Below, one piece after another: positions 9,328 to 18,853 of a stretch of DNA of 64,000 nucleotides. Position numbers and translations under genes: made by a program. Position 1 is the stretch's first letter. Every line of letters begins with the position of its first letter. The DNA is taken from the sequence record LR745208.1; one strand, written 5' to 3'. The notes under the pieces are model-generated. The model worked only from the letters and a program-made list of their open reading frames with translations. It did no database searches and had not been told where the DNA came from.

Positions 9328-9878
9328 AGCACCAACTGCTGATGGTGGATATGGATGGCACGATCGCAGAGTTCTTGGGGGGGTTGCGCAGGGTATGGGC
9401 TACCTCAGTGGGGACAGTGTGCCCCCTTCCACCACCGGAACAACACACGATCTGGGATCTCTATGCCGTAGTGCCAAAAGAGCATCACGAAACGTTTGAT
9501 CAGGTGATGGCCACCCCAGGGCTGTTTCGAGATTTGGAACCCATCAAGGGAGCCGTGGATGCTTTGCATGCTATGCGGCAGGCTGGGCACGAGGTAATGT
9601 TGTGTTCCACCCCACTTGTGACCAACAAGGGTTGTGTTGAGGAAAAACTCGATTGGATCGAGAGACACCTAGGAGATGCCTTCACCAAGAAGGCCATATT
9701 CACTCACGACAAAACTGTAGTTTGTGGGGACATTCTGGTGGATGACAAGCCGGTCATCCGGGGGGCCAGGATGCCTACATGGAGTCATGTGGTCTACCAC
9801 CAACCCTACAATGCACACATCACAGACAGGCCCCGGCTGCACTCCTGGGCCGATTGGCGTAGCTTACTTACAATCTAG
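9324..9878 (+). CDS. 5'(3')-deoxyribonucleotidase (HAD)
   Basis: DMDGTIAEF, K..W, GDILVDD. Confidence 0.9.
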   Translation: MKHQLLMVDMDGTIAEFLGGLRRVWATSVGTVCPLPPPEQHTIWDLYAVVPKEHHETFDQVMATPGLFRDLEPIKGAVDALHAMRQAGHEVMLCSTPLVTNKGCVEEKLDWIERHLGDAFTKKAIFTHDKTVVCGDILVDDKPVIRGARMPTWSHVVYHQPYNAHITDRPRLHSWADWRSLLTI

Positions 9879-10102
9879 AACACCGTGGCCTGAATGTCCT
9901 GGCGGCGGTCATCCAGCAGCTGTAGCACTTCCTGGACCGCTGCGATGGCATCCTCCGGGGTGGTGGCTCGCCCGATGTCCGCCGCCAGATCCTCGTCATC
10001 GAACGCTTCGACCACGTAGTCCCAGCCACCTTCTTCGTAGTGGGCACGGGCATGTGCCCTCACGGCTGCAATCAGGGCTGTCATCTTCTCATCCATGGTC
10101 AT
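9875..10102 (-). CDS. hypothetical protein
   Basis: ORF with RBS. Confidence 0.7.
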   Translation of the reverse strand: MTMDEKMTALIAAVRAHARAHYEEGGWDYVVEAFDDEDLAADIGRATTPEDAIAAVQEVLQLLDDRRQDIQATVF

Positions 10103-10113
10103 GCTCCTTGGAC

Positions 10114-10320
10114 TTACGGACACACGATCTTGCTGTTGGCACGGACCCACTCACGGGCCTTGGTCTGGCTGGTGAACACAATGTGCTTGGGGGAACCATC
10201 CGGTAGGAACTCCCCAGGAATCACCACCTTGAAGGGGCGGCTGGGCTGGGCACTGAATTCGATGACTAGTGGGCTGCCCTGAACTTGCGTGATCCTGGTG
10301 TTGTATCGGTTGGTCGCCAT
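10114..10320 (-). CDS. small protein, paralog of 12998..13183
   Basis: MATNRYNTRITQVQG. Confidence 0.75.
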   Translation of the reverse strand: MATNRYNTRITQVQGSPLVIEFSAQPSRPFKVVIPGEFLPDGSPKHIVFTSQTKAREWVRANSKIVCP

Positions 10321-10332
10321 GGTTGGTCTCGC

Positions 10333-10377
10333 TCTCACAACCTTATCGGTATGGGGGGTCCCACAATTAGGAGAATC
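10333..10377 (-). promoter_or_regulatory. sigma28-type promoter cassette (variant)
   Basis: CTAAT-N15-ACCGATA. Confidence 0.7.
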
Positions 10378-10395
10378 AACTCAGCAAGAGGCCCA

Positions 10396-10632
10396 TCAAG
10401 ACAGGGCCACCATCACGGCTTCCCTGGCATCGTTGGACCCCCGGAAGGGGGCGCCGGGCTGGTCTCTACGACCCACAACCCGACCCGTCACAGTCATGGA
10501 GGTATCCCGGACCTCCACCCGGCCATCTGCCCGAAGGGAGACCCAGAAGTGCCGGTGACGCCCACGGGAAACGCTCACATGCACCGTCCCCGCAAGGTCC
10601 GTGCACGAATGATTTCGGGTCATTGTTTCCAT
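10396..10632 (-). CDS. hypothetical protein
   Basis: ATG after cassette. Confidence 0.65.
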   Translation of the reverse strand: METMTRNHSCTDLAGTVHVSVSRGRHRHFWVSLRADGRVEVRDTSMTVTGRVVGRRDQPGAPFRGSNDAREAVMVALS

Positions 10633-10638
10633 GGGCAT

Positions 10639-10684
10639 CCTCACAACCCTATCGGTACCAAGGGGTGACTTTTTAGTGAAATCG
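10639..10684 (-). promoter_or_regulatory. sigma28-type promoter cassette
   Basis: motif copy. Confidence 0.8.
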
Positions 10685-10849
10685 AACATCCCTAGGCCAG
10701 AAGGTGCTGACCTGTATGTAGGCACTCTGATATCTCATGGGCCAGCTTGGGGTTCACGGATCGAACCAGCTCTCGCAGGGCTGGCAGCGAGAAGCTCATG
10801 GCTTCTGCAACCGTCCAACCGAGGGTCTTGGCAATTCGTTCGTGGAGGC

Positions 10850-11053
10850 TCATGAGTTCACCAGGGCCAGCGCGGAATCCTTGGCAGCCTTCTCCGCACC
10901 CTGACCCGTGTACTCCTGGCGGACCGTGTTCGAGTCAGAGCTACCGTCCGGGAGCAGGTTCAGGTAGACCACGAAGTAGCCCGCACGAAGACGGAAGACT
11001 CGGTGGATCCGGGTTCCCTGAGGATTCGCTGGGACGGTCAGGATGGGTTTCAT
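10850..11053 (-). CDS. hypothetical protein
   Basis: ATG after cassette. Confidence 0.7.
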   Translation of the reverse strand: MKPILTVPANPQGTRIHRVFRLRAGYFVVYLNLLPDGSSDSNTVRQEYTGQGAEKAAKDSALALVNS

Positions 11054-11060
11054 GGTCTAG

Positions 11061-11107
11061 CCTCACAACTCTATCGGTATGGGGCAAGGCACTTTTTAGA
11101 GAAATCG
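11061..11107 (-). promoter_or_regulatory. sigma28-type promoter cassette (back-to-back with 11118)
   Basis: motif copy. Confidence 0.8.
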
Positions 11108-11117
11108 TGATGCAGTC

Positions 11118-11163
11118 GGAATTTCCTAAAAGTCATCCCTCCCGTACCGATAGGGTTGTGAGG
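11118..11163 (+). promoter_or_regulatory. sigma28-type promoter cassette
   Basis: motif copy; heads 11164. Confidence 0.8.
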
Positions 11164-11301
11164 ATGCCCATGACCGTTGAAGAACTCGAAGCTATGGACC
11201 GTTCCTGGCCTTCCTGGATGCTAGGGGGGTTGGTCGGCCGGAGGTCCTGGCCCGGAGTCGGGCCCGAATGGCCGAGCTGGCTGAGCAGTTTCACCAGATG
11301 A
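11164..11301 (+). CDS. small hypothetical protein
   Basis: ATG after cassette. Confidence 0.55.
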   Translation: MPMTVEELEAMDRSWPSWMLGGLVGRRSWPGVGPEWPSWLSSFTR

Positions 11302-11354
11302 CCCAAGAACCGGGACAGGTGTGAAGAGATGGTGCCCCAGAGAGTAAAGGGAGC

Positions 11355-11600
11355 ATGACCGAGCTGCCACAATTCACCAAGGGCAAGAAGTACCACATTC
11401 TGCTCAGGTGTGATCCCACAGGCCAGGAGGCGTACTTCAAGGGAACCTTCCTGGAACTCTCACACCCTGCCCCAACAAGATCCGCCTACGCCTTGTTCGA
11501 TGGGACCCTCCATCTGGGTCGGGGCTGGCCCGATGAAACCAGTGAGGAATTCATCGTTCAGGCAGATCACATTCATTCCGTTCAGGAGATTAAATCATGA
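11355..11600 (+). CDS. hypothetical protein
   Basis: RBS, coupled ORF. Confidence 0.7.
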   Translation: MTELPQFTKGKKYHILLRCDPTGQEAYFKGTFLELSHPAPTRSAYALFDGTLHLGRGWPDETSEEFIVQADHIHSVQEIKS

Positions 11601-11920
11601 AACAGTACCTGAGCATGACCACCAAGCGCAGCGACCTTCGCAGTGCGGCAATTGGTTGGGGCAACATCGAGGACCCCCGGCTGGTGGTACAGGGGAAGTC
11701 TATTGGGCACACGCCCTGCATCCATGGCCCCACGTATGACTGTGTCCTGAGGGCACTTGCGGACGGCTGGGAACTTCTTGGTCCCTCTGAGTCTCTGGAT
11801 GATGATGGTACCTTTTCTTGGGACTTGGTCCGGGATTGTGACCACGGGAGTGCAAGAGAAGCCTTCCTTCCAGAGTTCAATCGGCAGATGGCCAGGATGC
11901 GAAAGGAAGAGGGCCGATGA
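11597..11920 (+). CDS. hypothetical protein
   Basis: ATGA overlap. Confidence 0.65.
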   Translation: MKQYLSMTTKRSDLRSAAIGWGNIEDPRLVVQGKSIGHTPCIHGPTYDCVLRALADGWELLGPSESLDDDGTFSWDLVRDCDHGSAREAFLPEFNRQMARMRKEEGR

Positions 11921-12762
11921 TGAGCAGCCACGTCGTGATCTACCATGCCGGTTGCCCCGATGGGTTCACGGCTGCCTGGGTGGTTTGGGAAAACCTGTAC
12001 GGGAATGATGCGGAGTACATCCCTGCCAAGTACGGGGATGCTCCACCCGATGTCACTGGGAGGACAGTTCTCATCGTAGACTTCTCCTACTCCCGTGATG
12101 TGCTCCTCAAGATGCATACGGAAGCCAAGTCCCTGCTCGTGTTGGATCACCACAAGGGTGCTCGGGAGGCTCTTGAGGGGCTTCCCTTCTGCACCTTCGA
12201 CATGGCACGGTCTGGCGCCGGGATGGCCTGGGATCACATCCGTGGCAAGAAGGATCGCCCTTGGCTGGTCAACTACGTGGAGGACAGGGACCTATGGCGA
12301 TGGGCCCTCGATGACTCCAAGGCGGTCAATGCCTGGGTCGGGATCCAAGATTTCCACGATGATTCCACAGACCACCTTCCGACCCATGCCTTCTGCAATT
12401 GGAGTAGGATGTTGGCGGCCGGGTCTGGGGTGGCGAAGCGGAATGGCAAGCCCATTCTCAGGTTTCAGGCCCAGTACGTGGCCAACATGGTCAGGCAGGC
12501 GCAGAGGGTTTCCTTCGGAGGATTCGACAACATCCCCCTGGTCAACTGCACCCGCCCCCTGATTGACGAGGTTCTCAACAAACTGGCAGAAACATCCTTC
12601 CTGGCCATCGGCTGGTCACAGGAGGCAGATGGCCGGTTCCGTTACTCGCTTCGTTCCAGCAAAGAGAATGGAAATGTTGACGTTTCCTACCTTGCCCAGG
12701 CCCATGGTGGCTCAGGTCACCAGAACGCCGCGGGCTTCACTCTCGACAAGCTGTTGTTTTGA
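11917..12762 (+). CDS. DHH/DHHA1 phosphoesterase
   Basis: YH..CPDGF, LDHHK, GGSGH..AAGF. Confidence 0.88.
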   Translation: MMSSHVVIYHAGCPDGFTAAWVVWENLYGNDAEYIPAKYGDAPPDVTGRTVLIVDFSYSRDVLLKMHTEAKSLLVLDHHKGAREALEGLPFCTFDMARSGAGMAWDHIRGKKDRPWLVNYVEDRDLWRWALDDSKAVNAWVGIQDFHDDSTDHLPTHAFCNWSRMLAAGSGVAKRNGKPILRFQAQYVANMVRQAQRVSFGGFDNIPLVNCTRPLIDEVLNKLAETSFLAIGWSQEADGRFRYSLRSSKENGNVDVSYLAQAHGGSGHQNAAGFTLDKLLF

Positions 12763-12953
12763 TCGTGGACATCCAGGACACCGCAAAGGCCCTCATAGGG
12801 GCTGGGGACCGCCTCCGGGCAGCCAAGGCCGCTTGGGTCACCCGGGGACCAGAATCGCCCTGGTACCGTCTCTGTGACGAACTGCGGGAGGCAGAGGTGC
12901 AATACCTACAGGCATTCGAGACCCTGAGGGCCGCCCTGGAACGATTTCACTAA
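12759..12953 (+). CDS. hypothetical protein; its TAA stop is the -35 of next promoter
   Basis: CGATTTCACTAA overlap. Confidence 0.65.
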   Translation: MIVDIQDTAKALIGAGDRLRAAKAAWVTRGPESPWYRLCDELREAEVQYLQAFETLRAALERFH

Positions 12954-12987
12954 AAAGTTGCCTTCTCGTGCCGATAGGGTATTGAGG
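12942..12987 (+). promoter_or_regulatory. sigma28-type promoter cassette
   Basis: motif copy. Confidence 0.8.
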
Positions 12988-12997
12988 CTAGACTAAC

Positions 12998-13183
12998 ATG
13001 GCGACCAACCAATACAACACCCGGATCACTCAGGTACAGGGCTCGGCGATCGTGATTGAGTTTTCTGGCCAGCCCTCGCACCCCTTCAAGGTGGAGATTG
13101 CGGGACAGCGTTGGGTCTTCAAGTCCCAGACCAGGGCCCGAGAGTTCGTTCACAGCCGAATGCCAGTGGGTTCAAACGAGTAG
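12998..13183 (+). CDS. small protein, paralog of 10114..10320
   Basis: MATNQYNTRITQVQG. Confidence 0.75.
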   Translation: MATNQYNTRITQVQGSAIVIEFSGQPSHPFKVEIAGQRWVFKSQTRAREFVHSRMPVGSNE

Positions 13184-13193
13184 GTGTCCTGGT

Positions 13194-13239
13194 CGATTTC
13201 ACTAAAAAGTCACCCCCCCATACCGATAGGGTTGTGAGG
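13194..13239 (+). promoter_or_regulatory. sigma28-type promoter cassette
   Basis: motif copy. Confidence 0.8.
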
Positions 13240-13241
13240 AC

Positions 13242-13520
13242 ATGAACATGACCACCTACCGAGTCGCAGTAAGCCTTTTCGCAGTCCGGGTCCGTGTGGG
13301 CACGGAGCACATCCTGTATGTGGCCGAGAAGCCCCAGTGGGATGGCAGCTGGGCAACCAGCGATGTCACGCAGGCCAAGACCTGGACGACCAAAGGCTGG
13401 GCGCGCAAGTGGATCCAGGAGCGTGCATTCCGACAGATCGAGTCGGCCAGCGTCATCCCCCAGGACTGTCACAACCAGAACTATGCCTGGGTGGAAACTG
13501 TTTTGGGTCGTCAGTCCTGA
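13242..13520 (+). CDS. hypothetical protein
   Basis: ATG after cassette. Confidence 0.75.
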   Translation: MNMTTYRVAVSLFAVRVRVGTEHILYVAEKPQWDGSWATSDVTQAKTWTTKGWARKWIQERAFRQIESASVIPQDCHNQNYAWVETVLGRQS

Positions 13521-13578
13521 AGTCGCATTTGCCTCAACCACCCCGATGAGGGGGATGTTCCGGAAGGGATGTAAAATC

Positions 13579-13938
13579 ATGAGCAAGATCAAGACTGTCC
13601 ACCCGAATCTGACCGCCCCCGCTGCTCTGTCCAAGAAGGGCAAGGAAGCTGTTCAGAAGGTCCTGGACGTGATGGCCAAGCATGGCTGCAACCTCGCGGA
13701 AGATGCCACCGGGGGCTGCCCTGCCTTCCGGACCCCCGAGGAATGGGCTGCCAGGGGAGAGTCCTACGGGCTCAAGTCCGTTGTGGTCGTGGTCCATGAC
13801 GGTGGGGACGTGGGCAACTACTTCAGCTTCGATCGGGAGCAGTACAATCTCGTCGAGGATGTGAATGCTGCCCTGGGGAAGATTGGGCTGTACGCCGAAC
13901 AGTGCACCTGCTGGTACAGCGCCATCTACCCGATTTGA
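13579..13938 (+). CDS. hypothetical protein, paralog of 40223..40537
   Basis: VVVHDGG..GLYAEQCT.WY. Confidence 0.75.
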   Translation: MSKIKTVHPNLTAPAALSKKGKEAVQKVLDVMAKHGCNLAEDATGGCPAFRTPEEWAARGESYGLKSVVVVVHDGGDVGNYFSFDREQYNLVEDVNAALGKIGLYAEQCTCWYSAIYPI

Positions 13939-14006
13939 TAGTACTTCCCAGGACTTAAGCGAATCCTGGTCTCAGCAAGCAGGTTGCCGTGTACGGTGTC
14001 CCTGGA

Positions 14007-14052
14007 CGATTTCACTAAAAATTGGTCCCCTCATGCCGATAGGGTTGTGAGG
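14007..14052 (+). promoter_or_regulatory. sigma28-type promoter cassette
   Basis: motif copy. Confidence 0.8.
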
Positions 14053-14059
14053 ACGAACC

Positions 14060-14263
14060 ATGAACACCAACGACGCAACATTCTCGAACCGGGTCAACGT
14101 CAACGGTGCCGAAATCAACGAGGCAATCATTGCCCGGATCCGCACGGCGGTTGCCTACGAGTGTTCAACCGACGAGATCATGGACATGATCGAGGCAACT
14201 TCGACCTGCCCTACCCGTTGGGTAGCCTTCATGGCTGAGGCAATCCGCTCGGGCCGGGCATAG
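14060..14263 (+). CDS. hypothetical protein
   Basis: ATG after cassette. Confidence 0.75.
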   Translation: MNTNDATFSNRVNVNGAEINEAIIARIRTAVAYECSTDEIMDMIEATSTCPTRWVAFMAEAIRSGRA

Positions 14264-14268
14264 ACCTA

Positions 14269-14315
14269 CGATTTCGCTAAAAAGTCCCCTTCCCGTACCG
14301 ATAGGTATTTGAAAG
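14269..14315 (+). promoter_or_regulatory. sigma28-type promoter cassette
   Basis: motif copy. Confidence 0.8.
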
Positions 14316-14325
14316 CGAGAACTCC

Positions 14326-14565
14326 ATGGACGCCATCGTTTGGATCTCCAACCGCAACCATCCCACACAGACCACCTGCAAGGTCCTCCGAACAACCCCG
14401 ACCACGATCATCGTGGACATGGTCTATCCGCACACGACAACCAACCTCAAGTTCCGGCGCTCGGACGGCAACATGACCGGGGGCAAGGTGTCCTTCTGGC
14501 TGGACGCGGAGTCCCTGAAGCAGATCAACCGAGAGATCCTTGCCACCCACACAGGGAACTGCTAG
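14326..14565 (+). CDS. hypothetical protein
   Basis: ATG after cassette. Confidence 0.75.
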   Translation: MDAIVWISNRNHPTQTTCKVLRTTPTTIIVDMVYPHTTTNLKFRRSDGNMTGGKVSFWLDAESLKQINREILATHTGNC

Positions 14566-15269
14566 TCCCAGTCGAGCATGCAGCCAAGATGGGTTGCATG
14601 CTCTTCAATGCTGTCCGCCATATCCTCAGCGGTCCTAGCCTGCTGCCCAGCGTCCTCTTCCATGACAGGACACCATGGGGCATTGAAGGACGTAGTGGGG
14701 ATACCTCGTGGGGTTCCTACCATAATTTTCTCAACGGGGCCAACCCCTGCCAGGGTCCTCGTGTAGTGGAGCCCATCGGGGCTTGGCTTGACCGGCTTCC
14801 CAAGGATTTCGGGTACATGGGCCGCACATATGACGGGTGCCCCACCAGCCAGGACAAGCTTCTCAACCCCATGGGAGACCTCACTGTATTGTCCAGGCTG
14901 GCGATAGACACGGCTCAGGAGGCTCTTGATGGCACCCCTTCCTTCGGCGCTACCATTGGACCCTGCTAGACCTCCCTTGACACCGAACCGGGTTTTCTTG
15001 CATAGCTTGAAGGCAACAGGCGTTTCCCCATCGAAGTAAATTGACCATACATCAAACTCATTCAACCCTTGGGGGGAGGAAATGATCAGCCCCAATTGCC
15101 TGTAGGTAACTTCATACATTGCCCACACTGCATCCCTGTACTGGTCGTAGTCCCCATGCCCTATCTCAGTCCATTGCCCCATTGCTTCCTTGAGAAGGGG
15201 GAGGAGGTGGGGCCGAAGAGCCGGATTCTCGTGGGCAAGTCGGACCAGTTTGGATCGAAGGGTCACCAT
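14562..15269 (-). CDS. protein with TLRSKLVRLAH leader
   Basis: shared N-terminal motif. Confidence 0.8.
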   Translation of the reverse strand: MVTLRSKLVRLAHENPALRPHLLPLLKEAMGQWTEIGHGDYDQYRDAVWAMYEVTYRQLGLIISSPQGLNEFDVWSIYFDGETPVAFKLCKKTRFGVKGGLAGSNGSAEGRGAIKSLLSRVYRQPGQYSEVSHGVEKLVLAGGAPVICAAHVPEILGKPVKPSPDGLHYTRTLAGVGPVEKIMVGTPRGIPTTSFNAPWCPVMEEDAGQQARTAEDMADSIEEHATHLGCMLDWD

Positions 15270-15288
15270 GAAACGGTAGGGGTATAGG

Positions 15289-15334
15289 CGATTCCGCTAA
15301 AAATCTCCCCTCTCGTGCCGATAGGGTATTGAGG
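15289..15334 (+). promoter_or_regulatory. sigma28-type promoter cassette (identical to 15584 copy)
   Basis: 58 bp identity including ATGAACATGA. Confidence 0.8.
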
Positions 15335-15336
15335 AC

Positions 15337-15576
15337 ATGAACATGAAGAAGCCAGCCAAGAAAAGCTACTCCCCGCGGAAGAGCAACAAGTTCGAGTTCA
15401 CCTACGTGGAGTGGGATGAGGACACAGCGGCTCACTGTGTCTTCGGGAAAGACAGTGGGTTCGCCTACGCGGCCTTCTCGGATAAAGGTGAGGCAGACAC
15501 CTACAGTGAGGACCACAACCAGAACACGCGGGATGCCATCCAGCATGTTACAGAGACCAGCCTGTTCCCCCGGTAG
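15337..15576 (+). CDS. hypothetical protein
   Basis: ATG after cassette. Confidence 0.7.
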   Translation: MNMKKPAKKSYSPRKSNKFEFTYVEWDEDTAAHCVFGKDSGFAYAAFSDKGEADTYSEDHNQNTRDAIQHVTETSLFPR

Positions 15577-15583
15577 GTAGGTC

Positions 15584-15629
15584 CGATTCCGCTAAAAATC
15601 TCCCCTCTCGTGCCGATAGGGTATTGAGG
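15584..15629 (+). promoter_or_regulatory. sigma28-type promoter cassette
   Basis: motif copy. Confidence 0.8.
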
Positions 15630-15631
15630 AC

Positions 15632-16189
15632 ATGAACATGACCACCCTACTCTACATCCACGGCCTGGAGTCTGGCCCTCGGGGGGCGAAGACTGAGGCC
15701 CTTGAGGCTGCGGGATTCACGGTGGTTTCCGAGCAGATGCCCTGCCCTCCCATCCGTGACCTGAAGGGACCAGAGGGCGCTCAACTTTTCGAGCAAAGCC
15801 TTATGATCCAGCTTCAGGCACTGGCAACCCATAAGATCGATGCCATCGTGGGGTCTTCTTTTGGAGGGGCAGTGGCCGTTGAGCTGTTGCTCCGTGGGCT
15901 CTGGGCTGGCCCCACCCTACTGCTATGCCCCGGTCACGAACTCATGGCGGAGCGAACCGGGTACCAGCTTCACTGGGAAGGGCTCGAAGGTCTCCCGGGC
16001 GAAGTCACCAAGCAGGTACTGGTGGTCCATGGTAGGGGTGATGCTGTGGTTCCCGTAGGGCACTCACAGAACCTAGTGGCAGGATCCCAGGCGACCCTGG
16101 TTCTTGTGGATGATGACCACCGCCTCTCGGCCACATCGAACACCCAGCAACTCACCAGCCTGCTTGCCCTCATCGGTGTGAGCCCCTAG
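15632..16189 (+). CDS. alpha/beta hydrolase (YqiA-like esterase)
   Basis: YIHGLES, GSSFGG, HG..D..VP, DDHRL. Confidence 0.85.
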   Translation: MNMTTLLYIHGLESGPRGAKTEALEAAGFTVVSEQMPCPPIRDLKGPEGAQLFEQSLMIQLQALATHKIDAIVGSSFGGAVAVELLLRGLWAGPTLLLCPGHELMAERTGYQLHWEGLEGLPGEVTKQVLVVHGRGDAVVPVGHSQNLVAGSQATLVLVDDDHRLSATSNTQQLTSLLALIGVSP

Positions 16190-16190
16190 T

Positions 16191-16237
16191 TGATTTCGCT
16201 AAAAAGTCCCCCTCCCATACCGATAGGTATTTGAAAG
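16191..16237 (+). promoter_or_regulatory. sigma28-type promoter cassette
   Basis: motif copy. Confidence 0.8.
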
Positions 16238-16252
16238 CGGGACCCACCCACT

Positions 16253-16474
16253 ATGAAGCCCACATACATCATCGTTCTTACCCACACCACCACGAACGTC
16301 AAAACCTACGTGGCGGCCCGGACCCAGGTGGACGGTAGCTGGTCCACTCCTCACCAGGATCTCGCTCGTGTTTACAAGACCCTGGGTGGGGCGATGCGCT
16401 GGCTGGCCGACCACCCCGAGATCGCCCTTGGTACCGGTGGCATCCAGGGCGACATTGTCACGGTCCAGGTGTGA
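16253..16474 (+). CDS. hypothetical protein
   Basis: ATG after cassette. Confidence 0.7.
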   Translation: MKPTYIIVLTHTTTNVKTYVAARTQVDGSWSTPHQDLARVYKTLGGAMRWLADHPEIALGTGGIQGDIVTVQV

Positions 16475-16728
16475 CAACCGAGAGTAAACCCCTAACCAAC
16501 CCGAGTGCCATCGCCCTCCAGGAAGCCCTGGACCAGATGGAGTACAGCAAAACTTGCATCCGCGAGAATCGGGGTTACGACAAGGAGCTAGCTCGCGAAA
16601 GCTATGTGTCTGGCCTTGGTGAGGTGCTGATCCCGGCCATGGAGATCGCCCTTGGGGACATCGAGAAGGGGCAGGACCTAGAGAAGATCGCCAGGATGAT
16701 GGTCAAGATACTGGAAGGTAAGTCATGA
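16471..16728 (+). CDS. hypothetical protein
   Basis: GTGA overlap. Confidence 0.65.
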   Translation: MTTESKPLTNPSAIALQEALDQMEYSKTCIRENRGYDKELARESYVSGLGEVLIPAMEIALGDIEKGQDLEKIARMMVKILEGKS

Positions 16729-16949
16729 GCGACTGGAAGAACTCGAAGGGGGAGTCCGTGTATATTGAATCCATCCCCTGGGTGGAGGAGGGGATGAAGG
16801 TCTACGTTCCCAAGCAGGGGGATGAGAGGGCCTACACCGCTGGCATCGTTATGATTGCTACGGGCGATGCAGCAAGGGTCTTGACCCAACTCGGGTCCCA
16901 CTGGTATCGGCTCCGGGACTGTGTGAAAATCTCACAGTCGAATTCTTAG
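16725..16949 (+). CDS. hypothetical protein
   Basis: ATGA overlap. Confidence 0.65.
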   Translation: MSDWKNSKGESVYIESIPWVEEGMKVYVPKQGDERAYTAGIVMIATGDAARVLTQLGSHWYRLRDCVKISQSNS

Positions 16950-16951
16950 GT

Positions 16952-16997
16952 CGATTTCGCTAAAAAGTCCCCTTCCCGTACCGATAGGGGATTGAGG
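16952..16997 (+). promoter_or_regulatory. sigma28-type promoter cassette
   Basis: motif copy. Confidence 0.8.
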
Positions 16998-17002
16998 ATC
17001 AC

Positions 17003-17552
17003 ATGAGATGTCTCTGAAGCATCCGTCCAGAAGGCCGAACAGGAACAACAGCGGGTTGCAGCTCAGCGGGCCTACAGAGTTGAGGGACGGAAAACATTTG
17101 CCAAGAGGGCTGCCACGGTGGTTGGGGTTGTTCTGGTCGCGTTTCTTGGTGGCCTTGGGCTCATGCACGCGCAGGGCAACAGGGTAAGGGACGAACTCAC
17201 GACCCGCATGGAAGCCGTACGCCAACGTCGGGCGGACATCTACTCAGCCACCCAGAGAGAAGCCCACATAGTGGCCTACTGGGAGCAAGTGAGTGGCATG
17301 TCAGCCCCAAGGGAACGTGACGTTTGGGAAGCCCCCCTTTCACCACGGGATCGCGCTCTGGAACGAAGCCGGGCAGAACGCATCCGTGCCAGGGATGCCG
17401 AGATCACAGGTGCTGAAAACCGAGTTCACATTGCCATCCGCCGCTATGATGAGGCTGCGGCCAACTACAACCGTTACGCAGAATTAGTCGATCCATCCGT
17501 TTCTCGTGGGTTCCCCCACCATGTCCCCTACTCCAACGAGGTTTCCCCATGA
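17003..17552 (+). CDS. lemA: LemA-like membrane protein; extra base just after ATG 17003 (in-frame ORF from 17118)
   Basis: TM segment then QRRAD and ENRVHIAIRRYDEA..YN. Confidence 0.6.
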
Positions 17553-18382
17553 ATTCGATTTCTCGTTTCGGGCTCAGCATGTTGGCTGTGCTCCTCACCC
17601 TGACCGTTGCTACGTCGGCCATCGCTTACCCGGCCATCACCCACCCGGTGACAGACCTTGCGGGAGTCCTGACTCCAGCGGAGGTTGAGGATATTGCCGC
17701 CCGGGAGCTGGACCATTTCCAGCGGACCCATGTCCAGATTGCCGTGCTAACGGTGCCCACCACCAATGGGGAACCCATTGAGGACTTCGCCAACGGAGTT
17801 GCGGGTCAATGGCGTGGAGGGCAGGCCGGGCAGAACAATGGGGTCCTAGTCGTGCTGGCCATCCGGGATCACCGATCACGGATCGAAGTCGGCTCAGGGC
17901 TCGAAGCCCAGGTGACCGATTCACAGGCAGTCGAACTGCTGGACAGCATGCGCCCATCCTTCCGGGCCAGCCAGTTCGGAGATGGCCTGCGGGGCATCGT
18001 GGGTGCCCTGATTGTGGCCACAGGGGGGAACCCTCAGATGGTCACACAGGCTGGCTGGCGCTACCATCCAATGCCCGCACAGCACAGTAGTGGGGACCAT
18101 ACCGTGCTCATTCTGTTCATCATCCTGGGGGGTTTTCTGTTCCTACTGATGCTGTGGTGGATGGCGCGAGACGAGCGGGGCAGCTACGGTTACAGCAGTG
18201 GTCGAAGCTACGGTGGGAGTGGGAGTAGCTCAACCTTCGTGTACCTGAACAACGACAGTTCGAGTTCAAGCAGCTCAAGTTCGAGTAGCTGGGACAGCGG
18301 GTCAAGCTCAAGCTCCAATGACTCCAGCTACGGTGGTGGGGGCGGTGACTTCGGTGGTGGTGGCGGAAGCAGCGGCTGGTAG
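17549..18382 (+). CDS. TPM-domain (YgcG-like) membrane protein
   Basis: VTDLAGVL, IEVGSGLE, TM, Gly/Ser tail FGGGGGSSGW. Confidence 0.9.
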   Translation: MNSISRFGLSMLAVLLTLTVATSAIAYPAITHPVTDLAGVLTPAEVEDIAARELDHFQRTHVQIAVLTVPTTNGEPIEDFANGVAGQWRGGQAGQNNGVLVVLAIRDHRSRIEVGSGLEAQVTDSQAVELLDSMRPSFRASQFGDGLRGIVGALIVATGGNPQMVTQAGWRYHPMPAQHSSGDHTVLILFIILGGFLFLLMLWWMARDERGSYGYSSGRSYGGSGSSSTFVYLNNDSSSSSSSSSSSWDSGSSSSSNDSSYGGGGGDFGGGGGSSGW

Positions 18383-18388
18383 GATCCA

Positions 18389-18853
18389 ATGAACCCCATC
18401 CCCCTTGCAGCATGTGCGCTCATCATTCACGAGTCTGGCCTGATCCTGGCAGTATCCAGGAAGGATAGACCTGATGCCTTCGGACTCCCCGGGGGCAAGG
18501 TAGATGGGAAGGAGTCTCTGGAGTTCACAGCCTACCGGGAACTCTTCGAGGAGACCGGGCTGGTGGCTTTGCCAGATGGGGCACCTCCCTTCTTCACCGC
18601 ACTATGTCCTGGAGGGGGCCCCAATGGGGTGGACTACATGACCAGCACCTTCCTCTGCAAGACACATGGGTCAAGGATCCAGACAACCGAGAAGGGACTT
18701 GTTCGTTGGGTCCCCAAGGAAGTGCTCTGCCATCCCACAGCCCCCTTTGCCCAGTACAACCTGGACATGTTTGTGGCCCTGAACTCTGTCCCATGGTTCA
18801 TCCAAGACCTTCACATCACCACCATCCACCTTGACCCGGAGTACGTCCTATGA
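18389..18853 (+). CDS. NUDIX hydrolase
   Basis: PGGKVDGKES..TAYRELFEETG. Confidence 0.9.
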   Translation: MNPIPLAACALIIHESGLILAVSRKDRPDAFGLPGGKVDGKESLEFTAYRELFEETGLVALPDGAPPFFTALCPGGGPNGVDYMTSTFLCKTHGSRIQTTEKGLVRWVPKEVLCHPTAPFAQYNLDMFVALNSVPWFIQDLHITTIHLDPEYVL

